DNA of 64,000 nucleotides from Calditrichia bacterium. GTDB lineage: Bacteria; Calditrichota; Calditrichia; RBG-13-44-9; J075. The stretch is from the NCBI GenBank assembly GCA_050633245.1, contig JBOEGD010000012.1:64001-128000 (forward strand). Direction: 5' to 3'. This document shows positions 18,997 to 28,525 of the stretch, one piece after another (within the stretch, counting starts at the first letter, position 1; each line of letters opens with the position of its first letter). A program made the position numbers and the translations under genes. A model generated the notes under the pieces. The model saw nothing but the letters and a program-made list of their open reading frames with translations. It searched no databases and was not told the DNA's origin.

Positions 18997-20166
18997 ATGC
19001 CGTCTTTTCCGAAGTTCACTCCTCGTCCAGATATGATCAGCGGGTCCGTTTTTGAAGCCTTTCTGCCGAAGATGCAGGAAAAAGGAGACGATCTGGTGCG
19101 TCTGCACCTCGGCGATTCGTTTATCTCGCCGTCTTATCCCCTACCGCTACAAGAGGAATTCAGCAAATCTTTTCCCGGATTTAACCGCTATTGCAATACC
19201 TTTGGCATCGCGCCATTGCGCAAGGCACTGGCGGACAAGCTAAACAAGACGAACAATCTTCCGGTGACTTCGGAAAACATCATGGTGTCTTCCGGCGGCT
19301 CGAATGGACTCAGCGCAATTACGCAGGCAATTCTTCAGGAAGGCGATGAAATTCTTATTCCCACCCCATACTGGCCCTTCTTTCGCGGCATGGTCGACCT
19401 GAGCGGTGCATCGAAAAAAGAGATCCCCTTCTACACCCGCTTATATGAAGAACCGAATCTCAATATTTTCGAACTCCTAGAATCCCATCTTTCCGAGCGA
19501 ACAACGGCCATTTATCTGAATAGTCCGAACAATCCCAGTGGATTCGTATTGTCCGCAGAGCAACTTCAGGTCATTGCAAACTTTGCCATCAAGCATAATC
19601 TCTGGGTGATTTCTGATGAAGCGTATGATGGCATGACTTATGGCAAGCCTCATCATTCAATTGCCGCGTTTCCCGGCATGTTCGAACGCACCTTCAGCGT
19701 CTACACCTTCTCGAAGCTTTACATGTTTGCCGGAATTCGTCTTGGCTATGTTGCCGCCGAGGCACATAATCTGAAGCAAATCAACAAGATCCTTGTCCAC
19801 CAAATTTACGGTGCCAATACGCCGGGACAACAAATGCTGCTGGAACCACTCCGCACACAAGAACAATGGAGCCGCACATTCGTGCAACATTGCGAGACCG
19901 TGCGTGATCGCATGCATCAATCGCTACAACCCGAGCATCATATTCCCGACGGTGCGTATTACTTTTTCTTTTCGATTGAGCCGTATTTAAATGGACGTGC
20001 TTATATGGACGTCATCCACGAGTTAATGGATGCCGGTGTTTCCGTGGCATTGGGGAAAGACTTTGGGCAGGATTATGAACACTATATTCGAGTGTGCTAC
20101 GCCGCCGAGAACTCAGATCGCATTGAACTGGCCACCCGGCGACTGAACACCGTCTTATGCGGTTGA
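18997..20166 (+). CDS. PLP-dependent aminotransferase class I/II
   Basis: NSPNNPSG, SDEAY, TFSKLY..AGIRLGY. Confidence 0.92.
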   Translation: MPSFPKFTPRPDMISGSVFEAFLPKMQEKGDDLVRLHLGDSFISPSYPLPLQEEFSKSFPGFNRYCNTFGIAPLRKALADKLNKTNNLPVTSENIMVSSGGSNGLSAITQAILQEGDEILIPTPYWPFFRGMVDLSGASKKEIPFYTRLYEEPNLNIFELLESHLSERTTAIYLNSPNNPSGFVLSAEQLQVIANFAIKHNLWVISDEAYDGMTYGKPHHSIAAFPGMFERTFSVYTFSKLYMFAGIRLGYVAAEAHNLKQINKILVHQIYGANTPGQQMLLEPLRTQEQWSRTFVQHCETVRDRMHQSLQPEHHIPDGAYYFFFSIEPYLNGRAYMDVIHELMDAGVSVALGKDFGQDYEHYIRVCYAAENSDRIELATRRLNTVLCG

Positions 20167-21105
20167 TGGCGCTTCCGGGTCGGCTCCGGTCGCATAAAAA
20201 TCGTCAATTTTCACCTCATCAATATAAGGACCAGCCGGAGTTGTATCGCCTCCCAGCCTCTCATACATGGACGTTTCTCCACCGTAAAGCGCCAGACGGA
20301 AAATCATTCTCACCAGCATAAACAGCTGATGCAACACGAATAGCAGCAGTATGATAAAAGCGCTGGGTGCAGAAAGAGCATCTGCTATCGGGGCATAACC
20401 TAATACCAACAGGATACTCAATAAATAGAATGCAAATCCCAGTGTTATGGTGCGGCGAATGTTGGATAGAACGAACCCGGTCCCCCGACGTAAGGCCTTC
20501 CAAGCGGATCGTTCATCGGTAAAGACGGTGTAGATTCTCGAATAGTCAAAAATAACAAAGGCAATGATTAGAATAAATCCACGCCAGAAAACCCGAAAGC
20601 CGGACAGCCAGTACTCCACTGAACCGGGAACATCATCTCCGTAAAAAATCTTCGGCAGATAAGCCCAAATAGCGTCTGACAAGAGCAAAAGCCCAGCCAC
20701 CGGAATAAACAGAAGTCCAAGCCGGAAGAACCGACCAAAAAACTTGCCACAACCTCCCCAAAACGTATCCCGGCTATAGGCTGCGTTTGATGAAAAGACC
20801 GCAAAAGCTCCACCGGAGAGGAAGAGGTTTACGATCCAATAAACAAGTGCCACAACAGCCAGCATCACAATAATAATAGAGAACATGGACTGATTGCTCT
20901 TAAAGAACTCGTGAACCAACGGGAAATCGAGTCCGTTGGACAAATTTCTGACCGCTCCGCTATCTCCCAAAAAGCTACCGAGTCCGATACGCATGGGCAA
21001 CATCAACAAAAAGGCAAAAAGCAGATTGGCCAAATAGAAAGTCACCAGAATTCGTTTGTTTGCCAGTACCTTGGCGAGACCGGCTTTTAAGCTCGAGAAT
21101 ACCAT
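20155..21105 (-). CDS. Multi-pass membrane protein, unknown function
   Basis: About 6 hydrophobic segments; downstream of the M1 peptidase. Confidence 0.8.
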   Translation of the reverse strand: MVFSSLKAGLAKVLANKRILVTFYLANLLFAFLLMLPMRIGLGSFLGDSGAVRNLSNGLDFPLVHEFFKSNQSMFSIIIVMLAVVALVYWIVNLFLSGGAFAVFSSNAAYSRDTFWGGCGKFFGRFFRLGLLFIPVAGLLLLSDAIWAYLPKIFYGDDVPGSVEYWLSGFRVFWRGFILIIAFVIFDYSRIYTVFTDERSAWKALRRGTGFVLSNIRRTITLGFAFYLLSILLVLGYAPIADALSAPSAFIILLLFVLHQLFMLVRMIFRLALYGGETSMYERLGGDTTPAGPYIDEVKIDDFYATGADPEAPSTA

Positions 21106-21120
21106 TTTTATGTCCTATAA

Positions 21121-21183
21121 AGTTCAAGGTTCAAGGTTCAGAGTTCAAGGTTCTTAGGCGTCTTTGAACTCAGAACTTTGAAC
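21121..21183. repeat. Heptamer tandem repeats with inverted partner array
   Basis: AGTTCAA-GGTTCAA-GGTTCAG-AGTTCAA-GGTTC, then TTTGAAC-TCAGAAC-TTTGAAC. Confidence 0.7.
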
Positions 21184-21188
21184 GGTGT

Positions 21189-23273
21189 TTACAGAAGAAA
21201 GAACGACGGCCAGTTAATCATCTCCGGTTGGTCCAAAATGAACTGCATCCAGAATAAAAATCGCGCCGACGTTTTATTCAGTCCCAACTTCGGAGGCGAA
21301 ACCATCTTGCTGTTATTCGCATAATTCGTGTCAAGCGTAAGCACATGATCCGGATCTACAGCCGCCTCAACCAGTTTAGCTTCTTTGAGGTATTTGAATT
21401 TCTTCCAGCGCGATTTGCCATCCCATTGTTCACGCAGCGTTTCACCATCAGAGAACGTCACTTCAACCTCAACCGGATGCGTAAAATCGCCCAGACGTCT
21501 CACCCGAACTTCTGAAAAGTGCAGTTTCTTCGTCAACGAGTCGGGTTCAAAAGGCGTCTCCAGCGAATCCAGCGTGCTGTCGATATCGGATAAGCTCTCG
21601 TCAAAGTCGAAGCCTTTTGGAGCCTTATACTTTTTTGTTCTGACATAGCTAATAGAGTAGTCTACTGTTTTTTCGCTAAAGAGAGCCTGTTGGAAAAAGC
21701 TGTCCAGATTTTTACCAGAGACCTCATTTGCAATATCCATAAAGTCCTGGGTGGTCGGATGTTTAAATCGCCAGCGCGTAACATAGGTGTTGATAATCTT
21801 GCGCATGGTCTCTTTGCCAACGATGTTGCGAAGTGTTGAAAGCAGCGTTCCCGAACGTGAATAGCTGGAAATACCGTAGCTCGCATTTGAATAATACTCC
21901 CACGCATTTTGTACAACGGGGTCGGCATCGGGAAAAATTCGGTAGATCATACGATGCATGTCTTCAGTATTCAGCTTGATGCCGAAAACATCGAGCATAT
22001 CGCCAGTCGGGCCATATTCAGCGTTCATTACCTCAATTTCGGTGAAGGTGTTTATTCCTTCATCCAGCCAAGCTTCTTCAAATTCATTTGAAGCCAACAG
22101 GTGATACCAGAAGTTATGACCAAATTCATGGATAATCACGTGCTCCAAAGAGCGAAACCCTTCCATCAAACCGTAGCTGGTTCCGGCAGTGATAAGCGTA
22201 GGGTATTCCATACCGCCGGTGGCTTCTGCACCGCGTCGCGGATCGATTACAGTTAAGTTGGGAAATGGATAATCTCCATACCAATCCTGAAAATAGCGAA
22301 CGGCCACTTTGGCGGCTTCTACATGACGCGGCCCCTGGGCGACGTGATCTTTCTGAACCAGTGCGCGAATATCAACATCCTGCTCACGGCCACGAAACTC
22401 CACATAATCCGAGCTTGCAGTCCAGGCAAAGTCATGCACATCCTCAGCGTGATAATAATGTGTTGCCGTCCCATCGTCATTTTGGTTAACTTCGACTTCC
22501 AGTCCGGTAGAACCAACAATGCGATCATCCGGCAGCGTAATCCAAACGTTGTAGACGCCGTAGTCGGCAAAGAATTCAGAATTCAAGTGAAATTGATGAC
22601 TATTCCATCCTTCATCAGTGAATTTGGCGACTTTGGGAAACCACTGTCCAGCAAACACATAATCTTTCATTGCACCGGTTCGCGCGACGGCCGGCTCCGG
22701 TAGAAGAGCTGTAAAGTCTACGAACAACGTTACAGTTTCTCCCGGCTCAACAGCTTCGGGAAGCGGCAGACGGAAATAACTCTTATCATATTCATCCGGG
22801 GTATCTGGCTGCATAAACTCCATACCAGCAGTAATATCGATCCCCGGCACGCGGCGCGGTTCTTCCTTACGCTGGATATTTAAATAGCGTTTTGCGTCAG
22901 CCGTCGATTCTTTAGGAAGCATGACAATCTGTTTGATTTCACTAAATCCCCAGCCATCTTCTTCACCCATCTTGCTATTACGGTGAACACCACCGGATTC
23001 CAGCATGAATGTCGAACGGTTATTTCGGAAGCCATTCATATAAAGGTGAAAACGCATTTCGGAAACAGGTTCATCAGATGCATTCTTCCAATGAATGAGC
23101 TGTCGACCTCGTAGTGAGTGTGTTTCCACATCTAAATCGACACGAATATCGTAATTTGCTATGCGTGGACTTAGCGGTGTTTCAAAAAGAGTTGGTTGCG
23201 CAAAAGAGAGGCTGCTGCAAAGAAAAAAGGCAACGCCAAGCCAGCGTAGATAAAGAACGTGATTTTCAAACAT
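21189..23273 (-). CDS. Secreted M1-family metallo-aminopeptidase
   Basis: GGMEYP, HEFGH-x18-E (WLDEG), signal peptide. Confidence 0.92.
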   Translation of the reverse strand: MFENHVLYLRWLGVAFFLCSSLSFAQPTLFETPLSPRIANYDIRVDLDVETHSLRGRQLIHWKNASDEPVSEMRFHLYMNGFRNNRSTFMLESGGVHRNSKMGEEDGWGFSEIKQIVMLPKESTADAKRYLNIQRKEEPRRVPGIDITAGMEFMQPDTPDEYDKSYFRLPLPEAVEPGETVTLFVDFTALLPEPAVARTGAMKDYVFAGQWFPKVAKFTDEGWNSHQFHLNSEFFADYGVYNVWITLPDDRIVGSTGLEVEVNQNDDGTATHYYHAEDVHDFAWTASSDYVEFRGREQDVDIRALVQKDHVAQGPRHVEAAKVAVRYFQDWYGDYPFPNLTVIDPRRGAEATGGMEYPTLITAGTSYGLMEGFRSLEHVIIHEFGHNFWYHLLASNEFEEAWLDEGINTFTEIEVMNAEYGPTGDMLDVFGIKLNTEDMHRMIYRIFPDADPVVQNAWEYYSNASYGISSYSRSGTLLSTLRNIVGKETMRKIINTYVTRWRFKHPTTQDFMDIANEVSGKNLDSFFQQALFSEKTVDYSISYVRTKKYKAPKGFDFDESLSDIDSTLDSLETPFEPDSLTKKLHFSEVRVRRLGDFTHPVEVEVTFSDGETLREQWDGKSRWKKFKYLKEAKLVEAAVDPDHVLTLDTNYANNSKMVSPPKLGLNKTSARFLFWMQFILDQPEMINWPSFFLL

Positions 23274-23387
23274 GAAATTGCTCCGAAATAAGCATGGAGG
23301 ATGATTATAGCGATAACCTGTTGTAGCAGATTGAAAAATGTATCAAAGCCGGAGCAAAAAGTCAAGTTATGCCATTGAGCGTAGTTA

Positions 23388-23418
23388 GAGAGACCTTTGC
23401 TAACATCCTTCTTTATAT
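23388..23418 (+). promoter_or_regulatory. Candidate ECF-type promoter, copy 1
   Basis: GAGAGA-N16-TCTTTATAT(TGAACA); similar to 24596-24628. Confidence 0.35.
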
Positions 23419-23517
23419 TGAACATTTGGCATAAAGTACGTATCTTATTCCCTAACTGAATGTGCGGGCTGAGAAAAAACACCCGCTTGCCACCACCGCA
23501 TCAAGACAGGCAACTTC

Positions 23518-24171
23518 ATGACTCCTGCTCAAGAGCAAATGCCCCTTGTTGATTTGTTAAAACTATGCTGCGACAGAAGCTCACCAAAACACGGTGAAGC
23601 CTGGCTTGAGTTTATGGAGCGCTATCGCCCGGTAATGGAAAACGCCATTTTAAAGCGCTGTAGATCCTGGGACGCACGTCAGCGACTTCCGCTTCAGCTT
23701 AAAGATGTGGCAAACGACATTCTCGGACGCGTTTTAGAACAACTGGTCGATCGCGATTTTAAAACATTGAGCACCTTTCGAAACCCGGACAGTCAGGCTA
23801 TGTTTTGTGCCTATCTCATACAAATCTCCAGAAATGCCGCTTCGGCCTATTTAAAGAAATGGAAATTCGATCGTATGACCGGAGAAGATCCGATAGATTG
23901 GCAGTCAGACAAACATGCTCAGGATGACAGCTTAGCATGGGAAATTTATGAATCACGCGTCTCTGAACTACGCGACACACGCAAGCGGCGCAGGCCGGGT
24001 AACCTCGAGCGCGATATCCATATTTTTCTGCTCTACCGATGGTCTGATTTCGACCAGAGTATGATTCTCTCTCATCCCTATCTGCGAAACATTGGTCATC
24101 GCGTTGTCGACCTCGTTGCAAATCGCATGGGCGAAAAAATTAAGCAGGGATACCAAACGCCTGATGCTTAG
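23518..24171 (+). CDS. ECF-like sigma factor (region 2 clear, region 4 divergent)
   Basis: AWLEFMERYRP, DILGRVLEQL, FCAYLIQISRNAASAYLKK, RDIHIFLLY; first gene of the CHAT locus. Confidence 0.72.
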   Translation: MTPAQEQMPLVDLLKLCCDRSSPKHGEAWLEFMERYRPVMENAILKRCRSWDARQRLPLQLKDVANDILGRVLEQLVDRDFKTLSTFRNPDSQAMFCAYLIQISRNAASAYLKKWKFDRMTGEDPIDWQSDKHAQDDSLAWEIYESRVSELRDTRKRRRPGNLERDIHIFLLYRWSDFDQSMILSHPYLRNIGHRVVDLVANRMGEKIKQGYQTPDA

Positions 24172-24183
24172 GACAGATATAGA

Positions 24184-24588
24184 ATGAATGTTTCACCGCT
24201 GCAAACAGGAATGCTTCTTGCACTTTTAGAGCTGCAACGCAATGGCAAAGTCATTTCAGTAGACTTGTCAGATGCAGAGCAGGCCGTACTGCACAATCTT
24301 GAAGAAGGTTTTGCGTTTCTTGCTGATCAATCCGATACGGTCAGCTTAAAGTCACTGCTAGACGGCATCACCTGTAGCGAAGTTCCCTGCCTTCGTCGCA
24401 AAAGTGAGTTATTGGCAATGATGTTTTTGATCGACTCGAGCACTGACGGTGAGGCAACAGAGCAAAATCGACAAGATTTTTTTCGCATGATGAATTCGTG
24501 CTATACTTGTTTTCAGGAATTCAGCGATATTATGCGCGGTTATTATCAGATAATCGATGCGCATGCCGAACAACAAAACGCAAAATAA
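24184..24588 (+). CDS. Soluble anti-sigma-like protein (degenerate zf-HC2/ZAS)
   Basis: DGEAT...FFRMMNSCYTCFQEF resembles HxxxCxxC without the His; directly after the sigma gene. Confidence 0.55.
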   Translation: MNVSPLQTGMLLALLELQRNGKVISVDLSDAEQAVLHNLEEGFAFLADQSDTVSLKSLLDGITCSEVPCLRRKSELLAMMFLIDSSTDGEATEQNRQDFFRMMNSCYTCFQEFSDIMRGYYQIIDAHAEQQNAK

Positions 24589-24595
24589 CTTTTTT

Positions 24596-24628
24596 GAGAG
24601 ATTTTTAGCGCATTCTTCATCTTTATAT
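24596..24628 (+). promoter_or_regulatory. Candidate ECF-type promoter, copy 2
   Basis: GAGAGA-N18-TCTTTATAT(ACGAACA) upstream of the membrane anti-sigma. Confidence 0.35.
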
Positions 24629-24677
24629 ACGAACAGCTCAAAAACTGGCATGGGATCCCCACTGCCGGAAAGATTGA

Positions 24678-25880
24678 ATGAATGCGAAAGAGAAGAAAAT
24701 GGACTCACTTTTTAAGCTCAGTCATAGCGAATTAGCAGATTATATTCGCAGCACCGCCAGTGCACCTTTATTAAAGCGTGTAGAAAACCTGCGCGGCGAA
24801 GATGCAAGTTATCGTCTATTATTCGACATGATAGATAACGTGCGCTATGGCGCCGGTATTCCGTCAGCGCCTCGGACAGAGCAAAGACCCATCCCTTTGG
24901 AACCCATTAACATAGACCACAACACACTGGAAGGCTTGCTAAGCGGCAACGCCACGGTGGCTGACGGACGAAGTTTTCTAAGTCAGTTGATGTCTTCCCG
25001 CCGCTACTACCAGCAGTTTTTTCTGCACCTGTTGGAAATGGACCCACAGCGTCAATCAGAGATCATCAGCGATCTCGGTGAAGTTGTGCAGGTGCGAAGC
25101 AATCGCGAACTGGTAGAAGACATTATTGGCATTGTTCCTAAAACCATGAAGTCGCCCGGTGGCTTTACGCTACCAGATTTCCTTAACAACTTTGGCTGGC
25201 GTTTCGCTACGGCAATCCCTGCATTACTGGTTTTGCTGCTGGTCGGTAATGCGTTTATGGCAGGCCCGCTCGGTAAATTTGATGTTCGGGAGAATGCTCC
25301 AAATGGCTATCAGCACAATCTGGTTAATGCGACGCGCGGGGCAACACAGTCGCATTTCGATGTCAACAACCTGCTGCGTCAGGTTCAATCTCTCAATGGC
25401 CTTCTGGTAACCAGCTCAAGCGATTATGATACCAGTGAGTACGATGAAGCAATAGCAATGCTTAGCAAGGGCAAAGGTATCGCCCAGAAACTTCGCAGGG
25501 AATCGATTGCAGCAATGGAAGACAGCCTATCTCACCAACCGGATTCCAACCTGGCAAATCTATTAATGGAAGCGCGTAAGGTAACGCAAGACTATCACTT
25601 CTATCTCGGAATATATCATCTGGTTCGCAATAAGCCCGGCGATGCGCAAAAAGCCGTCGTGCTGTTAACCGATGCAAAACTTCTCGCCGAAGGCTATGCA
25701 CTTGACACAGCCCATAGAGAGAGCTATTATTTAGGATTGGCAAATGCATTCGCCGACGATAAAGCAACCGCTCTAAAACTGCTGCGCGCGATACCGGAGA
25801 ACTCACCCTATTCTGTACGTGCCAACACCGCTATCGAAAGACTTGGACTCAACTTTTTTGAGCGCATGATAGACTGGTAA
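24678..25880 (+). CDS. Transmembrane anti-sigma-like protein with extracytoplasmic TPR-like domain
   Basis: Cytoplasmic ASD-like N-terminus, single TM at about aa 176-195, ATRG motif at aa 218-221, YHFYLG/YYLGLA TPR-like helices; alternative start 24699. Confidence 0.7.
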   Translation: MNAKEKKMDSLFKLSHSELADYIRSTASAPLLKRVENLRGEDASYRLLFDMIDNVRYGAGIPSAPRTEQRPIPLEPINIDHNTLEGLLSGNATVADGRSFLSQLMSSRRYYQQFFLHLLEMDPQRQSEIISDLGEVVQVRSNRELVEDIIGIVPKTMKSPGGFTLPDFLNNFGWRFATAIPALLVLLLVGNAFMAGPLGKFDVRENAPNGYQHNLVNATRGATQSHFDVNNLLRQVQSLNGLLVTSSSDYDTSEYDEAIAMLSKGKGIAQKLRRESIAAMEDSLSHQPDSNLANLLMEARKVTQDYHFYLGIYHLVRNKPGDAQKAVVLLTDAKLLAEGYALDTAHRESYYLGLANAFADDKATALKLLRAIPENSPYSVRANTAIERLGLNFFERMIDW

Positions 25881-25914
25881 GCGCGTGGACAGAATTGTTT
25901 TGCATTTTGGTTTT

Positions 25915-25980
25915 GTCACCTCGAGCGCAGTCGAGAGGCTGGTAAGCTCTCAATAGGGCTTCGACTCCGCTAAGCCTGAC
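25915..25980. repeat. REP-like palindromic element
   Basis: GTCACCTCGAGCGCAGTCGAGAGG...CTTCGACTCCGCTAAGCCTGAC; related to 58327-58380. Confidence 0.65.
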
Positions 25981-26093
25981 CAAATTAGTCGCAAGGTACT
26001 GTCAAATAATACTGTCTTAGCGCTTAAACAAAACAGCTTTAAACTATACATATTCCAACTCAATGCTTTCGCCTGCATCTGGAGGGAAATCGT

Positions 26094-27878
26094 ATGCACA
26101 TTTCCAAAACGGGTCGTCACTTACCCATCCGCCCGGAATTGTTGAGCGTCGTCTGTGGTATTCTATGGGCTGCAGCTCTACTTCTGCTCAGCACGTCCAC
26201 AATGCTGACTGCACCCGGTAATTCTACCTTACTGTTTGATTTTGTTCAATCCGCGCTTCCCGGATATTCCCTAACCGCTATTGGCATTCTTATTGGCGTT
26301 TTTTGGGCCTTTGCCGCAGGATATATTTTTGGCTTTCTGATCGGTTTTGTCTACAAAATGCTCATGCGCCGCAAATTGCGCAATGTCAGCTCATCATTGT
26401 TAAAAATCAATCCGTCTGAGCAACCCTTTGTTATTCAGGAAGGCATCGGAGAGAAACCGTATACCATTGCCTTTGTTGCAAATCCATTCCTGCTTGTTCC
26501 GCAAGAAGACGGAACGAATGCCGTTCAGATTGATCCAATCATGGCTAAAAAGGAACTATTCCATCAGGTTGTGGTGCGCTGTTTACGCAGCTTCGCAAAC
26601 AACGGGCTACTGCGTCAGCCGGAAATTTTTAATCGCCTGAGGCTGGTTATCTATTTCGATCCAAATATCGAGCTGGATATTTTGCGCAATCGCCCCGTTA
26701 CATTAAACGCTGATGAAGCATTATGTATCGGATACGATCCGTCAATTATTGGCCCGATTATAGATACCGAGAAAATCTACTCGTATGTAAAAGAAAGAAT
26801 TACCTCATACTGCGACGTTGTTTATATGATTTCAGCAAGCGATATCTATACGCGTTCATCTGCACGTTTTACTCAGGAAGAGACTATGTCTGAGGGTGTA
26901 AATTACAATTTTACATTTACCCCGGACACTTCAGTTTTCGAAACGCGGCGGCATGCCTGGTGTGCAAAAGTTCCCGGTGTTGTGGCATTATCTGCCTGGG
27001 ACGATCGTTTAAAAACACCAGTTCATGAATTTGCACATGCAATGTCTTCCGTAGAAAACGGCGCAATTGACGATGAATATATCGATGATACTTTTGCCAG
27101 TCTTACCCACCGCATCAACAAGCAATATCGCGTAGGTTATATCTTAAATGATGCTGCAATTGAGCAGTTGAGAAAACATGCTCCGGCCATTGTTGGTACG
27201 TTAATGCCCTTAAAGGATCGTCCATTCGCTGATAGAATAGCGTTTCTGGATAAGCTTAAAGTCGTGCTATCAGAGGAAGAACTCAATCAGTATTTAGATG
27301 TCATCCTGGAGTATGCCTTCTTTCGTCCGGTATTTTTCCTTACCGAAACGTCTATCGCCAAAATTGTAAACGCTATTGATGTTGAAAGCGATAAAGACAA
27401 AGTACGCGCAGCCACCGTGCGCATGAAAGGCAAGCGCTTCTATTCACGTAGCTTGTTCTATCGCGAATTCGCCAAAGAAATTAGCAATCGGAATCTGTTT
27501 ATGCGTTATCGCTCGCTTGTAGCACGCTTTTCGCACTTTCAGAATTATCCGGTGCCGCATGTTTTTGCACATTACAAATTGGCCGGCAGCGAGATGAAGA
27601 CGTATTATTCAGATCGCAATCGCAGCGATAAAGAAATGTCATGGCGATCGTTTTCACCAGAGCGGAGCTCCACGCGGCTTTCCTGTATTATGGACATTGC
27701 TGTATACGGCTATCGTTTCGATAAATTGCTGTTCGATTGGATGTACGACCGCCTCTATGTGAAAATGAATCGACCGGCAACAGCCTGCAGCCATCCGGCA
27801 CCTCCCGGAAACGCGGCCGAAGATCGTACCCATACCAATATTCAGATCAATCTGCTAAATGAGGAGAATCGTTCATGA
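26094..27878 (+). CDS. Membrane-anchored zinc metalloprotease (M64-like) with holin-like N-terminal membrane domain
   Basis: N-terminal TM pair with LPGYS..IGI.IG..W.F..G...G..Y; HEFAH-x8-DDEY; downstream SCIM Met-turn-like motif; GGAGG RBS. Confidence 0.7.
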   Translation: MHISKTGRHLPIRPELLSVVCGILWAAALLLLSTSTMLTAPGNSTLLFDFVQSALPGYSLTAIGILIGVFWAFAAGYIFGFLIGFVYKMLMRRKLRNVSSSLLKINPSEQPFVIQEGIGEKPYTIAFVANPFLLVPQEDGTNAVQIDPIMAKKELFHQVVVRCLRSFANNGLLRQPEIFNRLRLVIYFDPNIELDILRNRPVTLNADEALCIGYDPSIIGPIIDTEKIYSYVKERITSYCDVVYMISASDIYTRSSARFTQEETMSEGVNYNFTFTPDTSVFETRRHAWCAKVPGVVALSAWDDRLKTPVHEFAHAMSSVENGAIDDEYIDDTFASLTHRINKQYRVGYILNDAAIEQLRKHAPAIVGTLMPLKDRPFADRIAFLDKLKVVLSEEELNQYLDVILEYAFFRPVFFLTETSIAKIVNAIDVESDKDKVRAATVRMKGKRFYSRSLFYREFAKEISNRNLFMRYRSLVARFSHFQNYPVPHVFAHYKLAGSEMKTYYSDRNRSDKEMSWRSFSPERSSTRLSCIMDIAVYGYRFDKLLFDWMYDRLYVKMNRPATACSHPAPPGNAAEDRTHTNIQINLLNEENRS

Positions 27879-28525
27879 CACCGTTTCATCCAAAATTCAG
27901 ACAGTTGTTATTGGCAGATAAAGATCATCAAAAAGCTGGATTAACCCCAAGCCTGCTGCACGAGTTCGAATGCCTTGGCGTTAAGCTCTCCTATATTCTG
28001 AACTACCCGCCAAACAATGCGCAGATCGAAGTTTACCTGTTAACCAATGATGGCTACAACAACATCAGTTATGTGCTACAGGGGAATAACGATTGGGGCA
28101 TCTTAAGTGACGTTCTTGGTGGAGTTATCGATCAGCCATTCCGCGGAGCACTCAGCTATCTTTCGCATATTGAAACACAGCTGCTCCAGTGGAATGATAT
28201 TGAGGGGGCACGCATATTCAAAGACCATCGCGCTCTCATCCTGCAGGAAACGAGTGTGAGTAGCCACCCAGTTGCCCTCGGAGATGGCCCGACACTGGAA
28301 GAGCTCCGAAGCGAGATTACATTTTTTCGCAACAACTTTCTGGTAAACTACGATACAGTGCATCAGCACTGGGTAGGCATACAGAAACGATCCGCAAACA
28401 AGCGTTATCTAAGCACGTCTACCGGCCTAAATCTATTTGGATTTTTCATTTCGCTATTTTTAACATTCTTTCCAAGACGAGAGCAAGAAATCAGAGTTCA
28501 GTACCCTTCAGGTGAGGCAAAATAA
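27875..28525 (+). CDS. Hypothetical protein with helical repeat module and C-terminal hydrophobic anchor
   Basis: ATGA-coupled to the upstream gene; shares a Y/F-x-L-T...F...F...Y/H...IL module with 26094; LNLFGFFISLFLTFFPRR tail. Confidence 0.75.
   Translation: MTPFHPKFRQLLLADKDHQKAGLTPSLLHEFECLGVKLSYILNYPPNNAQIEVYLLTNDGYNNISYVLQGNNDWGILSDVLGGVIDQPFRGALSYLSHIETQLLQWNDIEGARIFKDHRALILQETSVSSHPVALGDGPTLEELRSEITFFRNNFLVNYDTVHQHWVGIQKRSANKRYLSTSTGLNLFGFFISLFLTFFPRREQEIRVQYPSGEAK

Noticed and set aside
23427-23443. Sigma54 promoter TGGCAT-N5-ACGTA before the ECF gene
   Set aside because: The -12 element is too divergent
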